Source: Occultella glacieicola
GTDB lineage: Bacteria; Actinomycetota; Actinomycetes; Actinomycetales; Beutenbergiaceae
Direction of reading: 5' to 3'
Length of the DNA: 64,000 nucleotides
Assembly (NCBI RefSeq): GCF_004353825.1
Contig: NZ_SMNA01000007.1
Span: 186,001-250,000, forward strand
The notes under the pieces are model-generated. The model made no database searches and was not told the DNA's origin. It saw nothing but the letters and a program-made list of their open reading frames with translations. A program made the position numbers and the translations under genes. The stretch's first letter is position 1; each line of letters opens with the position of its first letter. Below are positions 27,985 through 37,908 of this stretch, piece after piece.

Positions 27985-28611
27985 ATGTCGAATACGCAGG
28001 AGGAGCCCGCCGACGCACGAGCGGCCGACACCCGGAGCGAGGACGGACCGTGGAACGAGTCCGTGATGACCTCGGCGATGCTCAAGGCGCTGGCCCACCC
28101 GCTCCGCCGGCGGATCACGAAGGTGCTCGCCCGACGGGAGTTCGCGCGCGCGGCCGACGTCGCCGCAGACCTCGACGAGCCGGCGAACAGCGTCAGCTTC
28201 CACCTGCGCGTGCTCGCGGATGCCGGCCTGATCGCCGAGGCTCCCGAGCGGGCCCGGGACCGCCGTGACCGCGTCTGGACTCGGGTCAGCGGGGCCTACA
28301 GCCTGGGCACCCCCGAACACCCCGTCGAGGACGAGGCGCTCGGCGGCGTCCTCATGCGTACCGTCGTCGACGACCACCACGAGCTCGTCCGGCGCGTCGC
28401 CGCGTGGGCGCCCGAGTACGTCACCGGTCGCGCCACCGACGTGCACGCCCTGTTCACCCAGCGGACCGTCCGGCTCACCCCGGCCGAGTTCGAGGCGATG
28501 ATGACGAAGGTCGAGGACGTGATGCGGGCCGCTGTCGATGCGCACGACTCGGACGACCCGGACGGCCGCAGCTGGGACATCGACACCGTCGCCGCCGACG
28601 ACACGATCTGA
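27985..28611 (+). CDS. ArsR-like winged-helix regulator
   Basis: LKALAHPLRRRI, SVSFHLRVLADAGLI, DRRDRVW. Confidence 0.88.
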   Translation: MSNTQEEPADARAADTRSEDGPWNESVMTSAMLKALAHPLRRRITKVLARREFARAADVAADLDEPANSVSFHLRVLADAGLIAEAPERARDRRDRVWTRVSGAYSLGTPEHPVEDEALGGVLMRTVVDDHHELVRRVAAWAPEYVTGRATDVHALFTQRTVRLTPAEFEAMMTKVEDVMRAAVDAHDSDDPDGRSWDIDTVAADDTI

Positions 28612-28636
28612 GGGCCCGCCGCTCGGGTCACAGGCC

Positions 28637-30034
28637 TCAGTGGGCGACGGCCGCGAGCACCCCGGCGACCGTGGGCGCCGGGCCGCAGCCCGCTCCCGCG
28701 GCCGCGGTGGCCAGGACCGACCGTGCGTCGGAGTCCGCGTGCAGCGCCTGCAGCAGGGCGATCGCCTCCGGAAGCTCACGCTGGTCGTCGTGGGGCTGCC
28801 AGCGACCGTTCACCACCTCGTAGGCGGACCTCGGGCCGACCGTGACGAACTCGGACACCCCACGGACGAGCCGGTCCACGTCCTCCTCGGCGGTCCCCAG
28901 CCCGATGCTGGCGCGCAGGCCCGCGGTCACACCCCGCGCCTCGAGCAGCGGGTGTGCGCAGAACCGGCCGTCACGGACCCCGATGCCGTGCTCGGCGGAC
29001 AGGTACGCGGCCAGGAGGCCGGGGTCCTGCCCGGCCACCGTGAACGAGACCACGCTCACCGGTTCCGTGGAGTCCGCCCAGAGCCGGAGCACCTCGACGC
29101 CCGGGATCCGGGTCAACCCGGCCTCCAGGCGCTCGCGGAGCGTCCGGTCGTGGTCGGCCAGGCGGTCGGCGACGGCGGTCAGCTCGGTGGCCGCGACGCC
29201 GAGCGCGAGGGCCCCGATGACGTTCGGGCTGCCTGCCTCGTGCCGTTGCGGGGCCGGCTCCCAGCTGGTGTGGCCGACGGTGACGTTCGTGACGGCGCCG
29301 CCTCCGGCCAGGTACGGCCGCCCGGCATCGAGCCAGTCCCGCCGTCCGATCAACGCACCTGCGCCATACGGGGCGTACAGCTTGTGTCCCGAGAGGGCCA
29401 CGTAGTCCGCGCCCGTGGCGGCGAGTGAGAACGGGCGGTGCGGCGCCAGTTGTGCGGCGTCCACGACCACGCGGGCGTTGGCGGCATGCGCCAGCGCCAC
29501 CACCTCGGCCACCGGCAGGGACTCCCCGGTCACGTTCGACGCGCCCGTGACGGCGACCAGCCGGTAGTTCCGGGTCGCCAGGGCATTCGTCAGGGCCTGG
29601 AGGGTCTGCGCCACGGTCGCCCGTGCCTTCAGGACGTCCGCACCGGCCCGCTGCCACGGCAGCAGGTTCGCGTGGTGCTCGACGTCGAGCACCAGGACGC
29701 GCGCTCCCTCCGGCACGCACCCCGCGAGCAGGTTGAGCGAGTCGGTCGTGTTCCGGGTGATGACCACGACGTCGTCGGAGCGGGCCCCCACGAAGCGACC
29801 GATCGCCGTCCGCGACTGCTCGTAGAGGGCGGTCGACACCTGGGACAGGTACCCGGCGCCGCGGTGCACGGACGCGTACAGCGGCAACGCCCGGGTGACG
29901 GCCTCCGCGACCGCGGCCAGCGCCGGCGCGCTCGCGGCGTAGTCGAGGTTCGCGTACGGCAGGGACGTGACGCCGTCGAGCGGGACGGTCAACGGCACCC
30001 GGGTGTCGGAGCCGACGAGGGGGAGCAGTGCCAT
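28637..30034 (-). CDS. Class V PLP aminotransferase (cysteine desulfurase-like)
   Basis: NLDYAAS, SVHRG, EHHAN, DAAQ, SGHK, RDGRFCAHP. Confidence 0.9.
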   Translation of the reverse strand: MALLPLVGSDTRVPLTVPLDGVTSLPYANLDYAASAPALAAVAEAVTRALPLYASVHRGAGYLSQVSTALYEQSRTAIGRFVGARSDDVVVITRNTTDSLNLLAGCVPEGARVLVLDVEHHANLLPWQRAGADVLKARATVAQTLQALTNALATRNYRLVAVTGASNVTGESLPVAEVVALAHAANARVVVDAAQLAPHRPFSLAATGADYVALSGHKLYAPYGAGALIGRRDWLDAGRPYLAGGGAVTNVTVGHTSWEPAPQRHEAGSPNVIGALALGVAATELTAVADRLADHDRTLRERLEAGLTRIPGVEVLRLWADSTEPVSVVSFTVAGQDPGLLAAYLSAEHGIGVRDGRFCAHPLLEARGVTAGLRASIGLGTAEEDVDRLVRGVSEFVTVGPRSAYEVVNGRWQPHDDQRELPEAIALLQALHADSDARSVLATAAAGAGCGPAPTVAGVLAAVAH

Positions 30035-30070
30035 GAGGGGCCTCCAGATCGTTCCCGGACCCGTGGCGGG

Positions 30071-30183
30071 TCCGCGCTTGCCGATACCACTGCGGCACCG
30101 GCCCGGTCGTCACCCGGGGCACCCCACCGCGGTTGGAGGGTTGCCGGCCAGCAAGCCGGGGCTACGCGCTGGCACTCATGACC
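30071..30183 (-). ncRNA. SAM-IV riboswitch
   Basis: GGTCATGAGTGCCAGCG..AGCCCCGGCTTGCTGGCCGGCAACCCTCC..CGCGGTGGGGTGCCCCGGGTGACGACC...GGCAAGCGCGG upstream of a sulfur gene. Confidence 0.9.
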
Positions 30184-30313
30184 TTCCCGACATGCTGCCA
30201 CGACGCACCCCGCGCCCGGTCCGGGCGGCGCTCGCCGTCCGCATCGTGGACGCCCGGGGCGCGCAGGACTGAGGTGCGCGCGGTCGCGGCCAGGGCACGC
30301 GCCCGGCCTCGCG

Positions 30314-30397
30314 CGGATCCCTTACCCGTGCTCGCCCACCGGAACGGCCACCCCTTACCCGCCGTACCGACCCCTCAGTACGTGGGTAAGGGATCCG
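30314..30397. promoter_or_regulatory. Inverted and direct repeats upstream of the small ORF and LuxR regulator
   Basis: cggatcccttaccc at 30314 is inverted at 30384-30397; extra cccttacccg at 30352. Confidence 0.5.
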
Positions 30398-30484
30398 AGC
30401 CGGCACACCGCGTGACCCCCCGATACCCGAGCCGCCGGCCTCAGCGGCACCGTATCCGTCATGGGAACGAGCAAGGAGCACATC

Positions 30485-30673
30485 ATGGACCTCAACCAGG
30501 ACATCCGCAGCGCCGACCTGGCCTACCGACGCGAGCACCTGCTCGCCGACCTCGGCTCCCGCAAGCTCGGCTCTCGCCGCACCGGCCTGCGCCGGATGAT
30601 CGACGAGCGCCGGGCCCGTCGGGAGGCCGCCTCCCGCGGCCTGGACCCCGCGGATCTGATCAAGCAGGCCTGA
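30485..30673 (+). CDS. Small hypothetical protein (62 aa)
   Basis: Strong RBS aaggag; typical codon usage; ADLAYRREHL. Confidence 0.7.
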   Translation: MDLNQDIRSADLAYRREHLLADLGSRKLGSRRTGLRRMIDERRARREAASRGLDPADLIKQA

Positions 30674-30760
30674 GCGGGGCCGGGCGTGGCCGCGGCCGTG
30701 GAGCCGTGGGGCGGATATTCATCCGTCGCCACGGACTCCACCCGTGACAAGATCTCGGAT

Positions 30761-33700
30761 GTGGCAAGGGTCGGCTCCGAGATCGCACTGGTGGCACGCA
30801 CCGGCGAGCTCACGCGCCTGCGTGAGATCTGGGCGCAGGCGACCGACGGGTCGGCGTCGGCAGTTCTGTTGCCGGGGGATGCCGGGGTCGGCAAGACCAG
30901 GCTCGTCGCGGAGTTCGCGAGCGAGGTCCGCGCCGACGGCGCTCACGTCCTCACCGGTCACTGCGTGGGCCTCGGCGAGTCGGCCCCGCCCTATCTGCCG
31001 GTCGTGGAGATACTCGAGCAGATCCGCGACGCGGATCCGGCCATCCTCGACGAGCGGCCCGCACTCGCGTCGCTGGTCAGTCGCTCCGGCGCCGACCGCC
31101 CGACCGAGCAGTTGCCGCTCTTCGACTCCTTCCTCGGCGTGCTCACCGAACTCTGCGCCGACCGCCCGGTGCTGCTCGTGGTCGAGGACCTGCACTGGTC
31201 CGACCCCTCGACCCGCGATCTGATCACGTTCCTGGTGGCGCGGATGTCCGAGCAGCGCCTGGCCGTGGTGCTGACCTACCGCTCCGACGATCTGCACCGA
31301 CGGCACCCGGTGCGGCCGATGACCGTCGAACTGGGCCGGATGCGCCGGGTCGAACGGCTCGAGCTCGAGCCCTTCTCCCCCGAGGATGCCCGGGCTTTCG
31401 CCCGGGCGCTCGCGGTGCTCGACCACCTCGGGGCCGATGGCGACGAGGACCTGATCGCGGACATCGCCCGGCGTTCGGAGGGGAACGCGTTCTTCGCCGA
31501 GGAGTTGCTGTCCAGCGCCCGCTCGACGACGTCCCTGGGCGAGGCCCTGGCCGACGTCCTCCTCGGTCGCATCGAGAGACTCACCCCGAACGCGCAGCGG
31601 CTGGTGCGCACCGCCTCCGTCTCCGGTCAGCGCCGGATCCGGCACAGCACTCTGCGAGCGGTCCTCGAGATGACCGACGACGAGCTCGAGGCGGCGCTGC
31701 GCGACTGCGTCCAGCTGCACGTGCTCGTGGCGGACCCGGACGGCGGCGCCTCCTACGAGTTCCGGCATGCTCTGCTCCGGGAAGCCGCCTACGCCGACCT
31801 GCTGCCCGGCGAACGCACCCGCATTCACGCGACCTACGCCAAGCTGCTCGCGGACCTCCGCCTGCCCGGCTGGCGTGGCGCGCAGGCCTACCACGCCAAC
31901 CTCGCCAACGACCTGCCGACCGCGCTGTCCGCGCACGTCGGTGCCGCCGACGAGGCGGCACAGGTGGGCGCGACCGCGGACACCCTGGCACACCTGGAGA
32001 GCGCGCTCGGGCTGTGGCAGGCCGTGGCCGATCCGGCCGCGGTCTGCGGCACGGACGAACTCGACCTGACCATCCGGGCCTCCGACGCCGCCGTGGCGGC
32101 CGGCCAGGTGGACCGGGCCCTCGCCTTCGCCCGTGCTGCCCTCAAGCTCGCCGACGCCGACGGTGCCATCGTGCCGCGGGCCTCGGTGCGCCGTCGGCTC
32201 GCCAAGATCCTCTACTCCGTGGACCAGTGGGTGGAGGCGGCCTCCGTGATCGGCGACGCGTGGGAGCTGATCAAGGACGAGCCGACGAGCTCCGAACGGG
32301 CCTGGGTGCTGAGCACGCTCGCGTTCGGGCGGCTGGAGGAGTCGACCAGGGAGTTCGCCGACGCCGCGATCTCCGACGCGCGCGCCAGCGGCGACGGTGG
32401 CGCCGAGGCGGATGCGCTGACCACCCTGGCCTACTCGCTGTTGCGCGACGGTGAGATCGACGACGCCCTCGCCACCCTGGAGGAGGCCCGGCGACGGGCC
32501 GCGGACGTCGGCGCCTTCGAGGTGGAGCTGCGGGCCATCTTCAACCTCACGGTCGGCGAGTTCGAGCTCGGCGACCTCGAGGCGGCTGCCGCGCATCTGG
32601 ACCGGGGCCTGGCCCGAGCGGCCGAGACCGGGCTGACCTGGGCGACGTACGGCCGGGAACTCGCCTGGATCGCGGTGCACGTGAACTACGCGCGCGGTGC
32701 GTGGGATCTCGTCGAGCAGCTGGCGAGCCCGCCGGGTGAGCAGGCACCGGACTGGATCTCGGGAGTGCTCGCCGCATCCGCGGCCCTGCTCGCGGCCAGT
32801 CGCGGCGAATGGGAACAGGTCGAGGCCGCCCTGAACCGGGTCGAGACCTGGGTACTGTCCGACGACGAACCGCTCAAGATCTCGCTGTTCGCGCGGGCCG
32901 AGCGTGATCTGTGGCAGCACCGCCCCGCCGAGGTGACGGCGCCCGTGCAGGCCGCGATCGCCGGCAATACCCGCAACGCGATGGGGACGACCGCGGACCT
33001 CGAACGACCCGAGTCCGACGAGCCCGAGGACGACGCGCCGATGCTGGCGCTGATCCACGTCGCGGCCGTCGGGATCACCGCCCAGGCTGACCTGGCCGCG
33101 CGCGCCCGGCAGGTCCGGGACCGGGCCGCGGAGCGGGAGGCGGTCACCACCGGGGACCACTTCCTGGCCGTGGCCGAGGACGCCGCGGCGCGCGGGGTGC
33201 CTCGGGCCGCCACCCTCGGCCCGGAGGGTCTGGCCTGGCTGGCCCGGTGCCGGGCCGAGGCGAGCCGCATGCGTGGCGAGAGTGATCCGGCACCCTGGCA
33301 CGCGGTCGTGGACGCCTTCGGCTACGGCGACCGCTACCAGGTGGCCATCGCGCGCTGGCGGCTCGCGGACGTGCTGCTCGCACTCCGCGCCGACCGGCGT
33401 GGCGACGACGGCGGTCCGGAACCGGACCGCGACGACGGACGCGATCAGCTCCTCGAGGCGCTCGCGACCGCCCGCTCACTGCGCGCCCGACCGCTCGAGG
33501 AGGCGTTGCTCGCCAGCGCTCGCCGGTACCGGGTGGAGGTTCCCGGCCAGCGCACGGCCGCCGTGGCGCTCCTGACCCCGCGCGAGCAGTCGGTGCTCGA
33601 ACTCGTCGCCCAGGGACTCACGAACCGGGCGGTCGGCGCGGAACTGTTCATCAGCGAGAAGACCGTGAGCGTCCACCTGAGCCGGGTCATGGCCAAACTG

Positions 33701-33775
33701 GACGTCGGCAGCCGGACCGAAGCGGTCGCCGTCGCGATGTCCCGCGGCATCCTCGGCGGCGGATCGCGGGGCTGA
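30761..33775 (+). CDS. Large ATP-binding LuxR-family regulator
   Basis: GDAGVGKTRL, VEDLHWSD, GNAFFAEEL, FRHALLRE, C-terminal LTPRE..GLTN..LFISEKTVSVH. Confidence 0.92.
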   Translation: MARVGSEIALVARTGELTRLREIWAQATDGSASAVLLPGDAGVGKTRLVAEFASEVRADGAHVLTGHCVGLGESAPPYLPVVEILEQIRDADPAILDERPALASLVSRSGADRPTEQLPLFDSFLGVLTELCADRPVLLVVEDLHWSDPSTRDLITFLVARMSEQRLAVVLTYRSDDLHRRHPVRPMTVELGRMRRVERLELEPFSPEDARAFARALAVLDHLGADGDEDLIADIARRSEGNAFFAEELLSSARSTTSLGEALADVLLGRIERLTPNAQRLVRTASVSGQRRIRHSTLRAVLEMTDDELEAALRDCVQLHVLVADPDGGASYEFRHALLREAAYADLLPGERTRIHATYAKLLADLRLPGWRGAQAYHANLANDLPTALSAHVGAADEAAQVGATADTLAHLESALGLWQAVADPAAVCGTDELDLTIRASDAAVAAGQVDRALAFARAALKLADADGAIVPRASVRRRLAKILYSVDQWVEAASVIGDAWELIKDEPTSSERAWVLSTLAFGRLEESTREFADAAISDARASGDGGAEADALTTLAYSLLRDGEIDDALATLEEARRRAADVGAFEVELRAIFNLTVGEFELGDLEAAAAHLDRGLARAAETGLTWATYGRELAWIAVHVNYARGAWDLVEQLASPPGEQAPDWISGVLAASAALLAASRGEWEQVEAALNRVETWVLSDDEPLKISLFARAERDLWQHRPAEVTAPVQAAIAGNTRNAMGTTADLERPESDEPEDDAPMLALIHVAAVGITAQADLAARARQVRDRAAEREAVTTGDHFLAVAEDAAARGVPRAATLGPEGLAWLARCRAEASRMRGESDPAPWHAVVDAFGYGDRYQVAIARWRLADVLLALRADRRGDDGGPEPDRDDGRDQLLEALATARSLRARPLEEALLASARRYRVEVPGQRTAAVALLTPREQSVLELVAQGLTNRAVGAELFISEKTVSVHLSRVMAKLDVGSRTEAVAVAMSRGILGGGSRG

Positions 33776-33778
33776 CCG

Positions 33779-34558
33779 TCAGGAGGGCGTCGGACCCGCC
33801 GTCATGCTCAGGCCGGTGAGCCGCCCCTGCCCGTCCAGACGTGCCTCCACGTCACCGTTGGGCGCCTTCAGGGAGAGGGTGCCGGCACCCTCGGCCACGG
33901 TGAAACCGCGCCACCGGGCGTAGGCCCGCAGCGCCCTCGACCAGTTCGAGATCGCGCCCTCGGAGGCGGCCTCCGGGAGCACCGACCCGGCCCGGATCGC
34001 ACTGGGCGGGACCGGCTCGAGGGCGGGTGACTCGAGCAGGAACGTCAGCACGGTGCCGTTCTCCAGGTCGAAGGTGACGAACGGCAACGGGCCCGCGATC
34101 AGGCTCGCCGCCGCGGCGAACCGGCGGGCCACGGTGATGGGCTCCGCCGTCAGCGGGACCTCCGCCGCGGTCAACTCGGCGATGCCGAACCGCTCCCCGA
34201 AGTCACGCACCCCACGCACCCGGGCGACCAGCGGCTCGGGGAAGCCGTTCACGTTCTCCCAGCCCCACAGCCATGACTTCGGCCCGGGCGCGGCGGAGCC
34301 CACGAAGTGCGCGCGGACCGTGATCTCCTCCGTGCCCACGAACGTGATCGTGCCGCCGGACATGTCGGTGCGGTATCCGGCGCTGTACCTGTCCCCGTGC
34401 GGGCCGTCGGAGCCGGTCAGGTCCATGGTCTCGCGTTGCCGGTCGAGGCCGAACAGGTAGGTGTCGTCGACGACGTCCTGGAGGGAGGTGATCGCGGGCA
34501 CAGGGGTCACGGGGGGCACGGGGGGCACGGGGGGCACAGAGGGCACGGCGTCCGTCAT
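33779..34558 (-). CDS. Hypothetical protein (DUF6882-like)
   Basis: GS.APGPKSWLWGWEN; TACGCT 6 nt before the ATG; PVP repeat at the N-terminus. Confidence 0.7.
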   Translation of the reverse strand: MTDAVPSVPPVPPVPPVTPVPAITSLQDVVDDTYLFGLDRQRETMDLTGSDGPHGDRYSAGYRTDMSGGTITFVGTEEITVRAHFVGSAAPGPKSWLWGWENVNGFPEPLVARVRGVRDFGERFGIAELTAAEVPLTAEPITVARRFAAAASLIAGPLPFVTFDLENGTVLTFLLESPALEPVPPSAIRAGSVLPEAASEGAISNWSRALRAYARWRGFTVAEGAGTLSLKAPNGDVEARLDGQGRLTGLSMTAGPTPS

Positions 34559-34654
34559 GGCAGCAGCGTAGGACGACCCACCGTCTCGCAGGATGGGCAG
34601 ATCTGCCCGGGGTTTGGGAGGCTTCCCGAGCCGGGCATACGATCGCAGCCGTAC

Positions 34655-34770
34655 CCATCCTTCAGCGGCCGAGAGACCTGGATCGTCGACGCTGCAGCAA
34701 CCAATCCCTCGCGGACACCCTCACCGGGGGAGCCGAACGGGACGTGGTGCCACCGCCAGGATCGATGGAG
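34655..34770 (+). ncRNA. SAM-I-type riboswitch, variant without P4
   Basis: ccatc..gcggccGAGAgacctgg..GAcgctgcAGCAACC...GGTGCc..gccagg..gatgg; TACGAT -10 at 34638; precedes the metZ operon. Confidence 0.75.
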
Positions 34771-34775
34771 GAGAG

Positions 34776-35036
34776 ATGAGCGAGATCACCGAGCCCGGTG
34801 CTGTGCCCGACCGGCCGGCCCGGCCCGACCGGCCCGACGACCAGCCGGCCCGGCACACCTACCGCCTGCTCACCGGCCCCGACGACGCGGCGTTCTGCGG
34901 ACGGGTCAGCGACGCGCTCGCCGAGGGGTATCGGCTGTACGGCTCCCCGTCCGTGACGTTCAACGGCAGCCAGGTCATCGCGGCCCAGGCCGTCGTGCTG
35001 CCCCAGACCCCCGAAGGAGAGGTTCGATTCGCTTGA
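34776..35036 (+). CDS. DUF1737 protein
   Basis: YRLLTGPDDAAFC.RVS.AL.EGY.LYGSP...AQAV. Confidence 0.85.
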   Translation: MSEITEPGAVPDRPARPDRPDDQPARHTYRLLTGPDDAAFCGRVSDALAEGYRLYGSPSVTFNGSQVIAAQAVVLPQTPEGEVRFA

Positions 35037-35452
35037 GCTACGCCGGTGACCTCAGCCCACGCGAGGCGTGGGACCTGCTGGAACGCACTCCGGAGGCGGT
35101 GCTCGTGGACGTGCGCACGCGCGCCGAATGGTCCTTCGTGGGCGTCCCCGAGACCTCGTCCATCGACCGCCCCACCGCGCTGATCGAGTGGAACACGTTC
35201 CCCGACGGTCAACGCAACCCGTCGTTCCTCTCCCAGCTCGGGGCGACCGGGCTGACCCCCGGGGACCAGCGGCCGGTGGTGTTCCTGTGTCGCAGCGGCC
35301 AGCGCTCGATCGGCGCGGCCGAGGCCGCCACCGAGGCCGGGTACGGCCCGGCCTACAACGTGGTCGACGGCTTCGAGGGCGGCGTGGACCCCGAGGGGCA
35401 CCGGGGTGCGCGCGGTTGGCGTGCCGAGGGTCTGCCCTGGCGGCAGGCATGA
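35033..35452 (+). CDS. Rhodanese-like sulfurtransferase
   Basis: TTGA overlap; DVRT.AEW, FLCRSGQRS, GFEG. Confidence 0.88.
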   Translation: MSYAGDLSPREAWDLLERTPEAVLVDVRTRAEWSFVGVPETSSIDRPTALIEWNTFPDGQRNPSFLSQLGATGLTPGDQRPVVFLCRSGQRSIGAAEAATEAGYGPAYNVVDGFEGGVDPEGHRGARGWRAEGLPWRQA

Positions 35453-36672
35453 GCGACCCCCGGCCCCTGGCCGAGCTCCCCGAGGGACTCTCCGACGCCA
35501 CCCTGGGCGTTCGCGGCGGGATCCAGCGCACCGAGTTCCGGGAGATGGCGGAACCGCTGTTCCTGACCCAGGGGTACGTCTACGACGAGGCGGCCGACGC
35601 CGAGGCCGCGTTCAAGGGACAACTGGACCGGTTCATCTACTCCCGGTACGGCAATCCGACCGTGTCCGCGTTCGAGGAGCGGCTGCGCCTGCTCGAGGGT
35701 GCCGAGGCGTGCTTCGCGACCGCGACCGGGATGTCCGCGGTGTTCACCTCGATCGCGGCGCTGGTGCGCACCGGGAGCCGGATCGTCTCCGGTCGGGCCC
35801 TGTTCGGCTCCACCGTGGTGCTCCTGAACGACATCTTCAGCAAATGGGGCGTCACCACCGAGTACGTGGACGCCCACGACCTGTCCCAGTGGGAGGCCGC
35901 CCTGGCCACCCCGGCGGACGTGGTGCTGTTCGAGACCCCGTCCAACCCGATGCAGGACATCGTCGACATCGCGAAGGTGACCGAACTCGCGCACCGAGCG
36001 GGCGCCGTCGTCATCCTCGACAACGTGTTCGCCACCCCGATCCTGCAGAAGCCGCTCGAGTTCGGCGTGGACGTGGTGGTCTACTCCGCGACCAAGCACA
36101 TCGACGGGCAGGGCCGCGTCCTCGGCGGCGCGATCCTCGGCAGCCGGGAGTACGTCGAGGGCCCGGTCAAGCAGCTGATCCGTAACACCGGGCCGTCGCT
36201 GAGCCCGTTCAACGCCTGGGTGCTGCTCAAGGGGCTGGAGACGCTCGCGCTCCGGGTCCGGGCGCAGACGGCCGCGGCGCTGGACCTCGCGCACTGGCTC
36301 GAGGACAACCCGCTGATCTCGAGGGTGCGGTATCCGTTCCTGGACTCCCACCCGCAGGTGGCCCTCGCGAAGGAGCAGATGAGCGGCGGCGGCACCGTGG
36401 TCACGTTCGACCTGGCGCTCGACGGCGAACCGGACGAGGACAAGGCCCGCGCCTTCGCGTTCCTCGACTCGCTGCGCCTGGTGGACGTCTCGAACAACCT
36501 CGGGGACGTGAAGTCGATCGTCACCCACCCGGCCACGACCACCCACTCGAAGATCAGCCGGGAGGCTCGGGCCGCCGTCGGCATCTACGAGTCCACGGTG
36601 CGGCTGTCCGTGGGACTCGAGGACCCCGCGGACCTGAAGGCGGACCTGACCCGGGCCCTGGGCCACCTCTGA
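35449..36672 (+). CDS. metZ: O-succinylhomoserine sulfhydrylase
   Basis: YSRYGNPT, ATGMSA, ETPSNP, DNVFATP, SATKHIDGQGR. Confidence 0.92.
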   Translation: MSDPRPLAELPEGLSDATLGVRGGIQRTEFREMAEPLFLTQGYVYDEAADAEAAFKGQLDRFIYSRYGNPTVSAFEERLRLLEGAEACFATATGMSAVFTSIAALVRTGSRIVSGRALFGSTVVLLNDIFSKWGVTTEYVDAHDLSQWEAALATPADVVLFETPSNPMQDIVDIAKVTELAHRAGAVVILDNVFATPILQKPLEFGVDVVVYSATKHIDGQGRVLGGAILGSREYVEGPVKQLIRNTGPSLSPFNAWVLLKGLETLALRVRAQTAAALDLAHWLEDNPLISRVRYPFLDSHPQVALAKEQMSGGGTVVTFDLALDGEPDEDKARAFAFLDSLRLVDVSNNLGDVKSIVTHPATTTHSKISREARAAVGIYESTVRLSVGLEDPADLKADLTRALGHL

Positions 36673-36679
36673 GCAGGTC

Positions 36680-37318
36680 TCAGTCGACGACCCCGTAGAG
36701 GCGGTCGCCGGCGTCGCCCAGCCCCGGCACGATGTAGCCCTTGGAGTTCAGCCGCTCGTCGACGGCGGCCGTCACGATGGTCACGTCGGCACGCTCCCCG
36801 ATCGCCTCCTGAACCATCCGCAGCCCCTCCGGGGCGGCGAGCAGGGTGACCGCGGTGACGTCCCGCGCGCCACGCTCGAACAGGTACTCGATCGCCGCGA
36901 CCAGGGTGCCACCGGTGGCCAGCATCGGGTCCAGCACGTAGCACTGGCGCCCGGACAGGTCGTCCGGCAACCGGTTCGCGTAGGTGATCGCCTCGAGGGT
37001 CTCCTCGTTGCGCTGCAGGCCCAGGAACCCGACCTCCGCGGTCGGCAGCAGCCGGGTCATGCCCTCCAGCATGCCCAGACCGGCTCGCAGGATCGGCACC
37101 ACGATCGGACGCGGCTCGGTCAGCTTCGTCCCGACCGTGTCCGTGACCGGCGTGGTGATCTCCCAGGACTCGGTGCGGATCTCCCGGGTCGCCTCGTACG
37201 CCAGTAGCGTCACGAGTTCCTCCGTGAGCTGGCGGAACAGCGGCGAAGGTGTGCGGACGTCGCGCAGCACGGTCAGCTTGTGGGCGATCAGCGGGTGTTC
37301 GGCGACGTGGAGGCGCAT
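36680..37318 (-). CDS. upp: Uracil phosphoribosyltransferase
   Basis: [38 protein letters not shown]. Confidence 0.97.
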   Translation of the reverse strand: MRLHVAEHPLIAHKLTVLRDVRTPSPLFRQLTEELVTLLAYEATREIRTESWEITTPVTDTVGTKLTEPRPIVVPILRAGLGMLEGMTRLLPTAEVGFLGLQRNEETLEAITYANRLPDDLSGRQCYVLDPMLATGGTLVAAIEYLFERGARDVTAVTLLAAPEGLRMVQEAIGERADVTIVTAAVDERLNSKGYIVPGLGDAGDRLYGVVD

Positions 37319-37371
37319 GTTCCCCAATGTAGCGGTGCCCATGTCGGCGCCGCTGCCCCACACTAGGAGGG

Positions 37372-37890
37372 ATGAACGCCGACCCCCCGTCCGTCGCCCT
37401 CGACGAACCCGCCCTGATGGGCCTGGCCCTGGCGCAGGCCCGGCGGGCCGCCGCCGGCGGCGACGTGCCGGTGGGGGCCGTACTGGTCGCCCCGGACGGG
37501 CAGGTGCTCGCCGCGGCGCACAACCGGCGGGAGGCCGACGGCGATCCCACGGCTCATGCGGAGATCCTCGCCCTGCGCGCGGCGGGCGTCGGGCAAGGCC
37601 GCTGGCGGCTCGACGACTGCACCCTCGTGGTCACCCTGGAGCCATGCACCATGTGTGCCGGCGCGATCGTCCTCGCCCGGGTCGCGCGCGTGGTCCTGGG
37701 CGCCTGGGACGAGAAGGCCGGCGCCTGCGGATCCACCCGGGACGTGGTCCGCGACTCCCGCCTGAACCATCGCGCCGAGGTGACCGGGGGAGTGCGCGCC
37801 GACGAGTGCGCCGCCCTGCTCGCCGAGTTCTTCGCGGCCCGCCGCGGCCCGGCCGCCGGCGGCGACGAGGCGCCCCTGCCCTCCCACTGA
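37372..37890 (+). CDS. tadA: tRNA adenosine deaminase
   Basis: [21 protein letters not shown]; divergent from upp. Confidence 0.88.
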   Translation: MNADPPSVALDEPALMGLALAQARRAAAGGDVPVGAVLVAPDGQVLAAAHNRREADGDPTAHAEILALRAAGVGQGRWRLDDCTLVVTLEPCTMCAGAIVLARVARVVLGAWDEKAGACGSTRDVVRDSRLNHRAEVTGGVRADECAALLAEFFAARRGPAAGGDEAPLPSH

Positions 37891-37908
37891 GCCTGCGCCG
37901 TCGACCCC

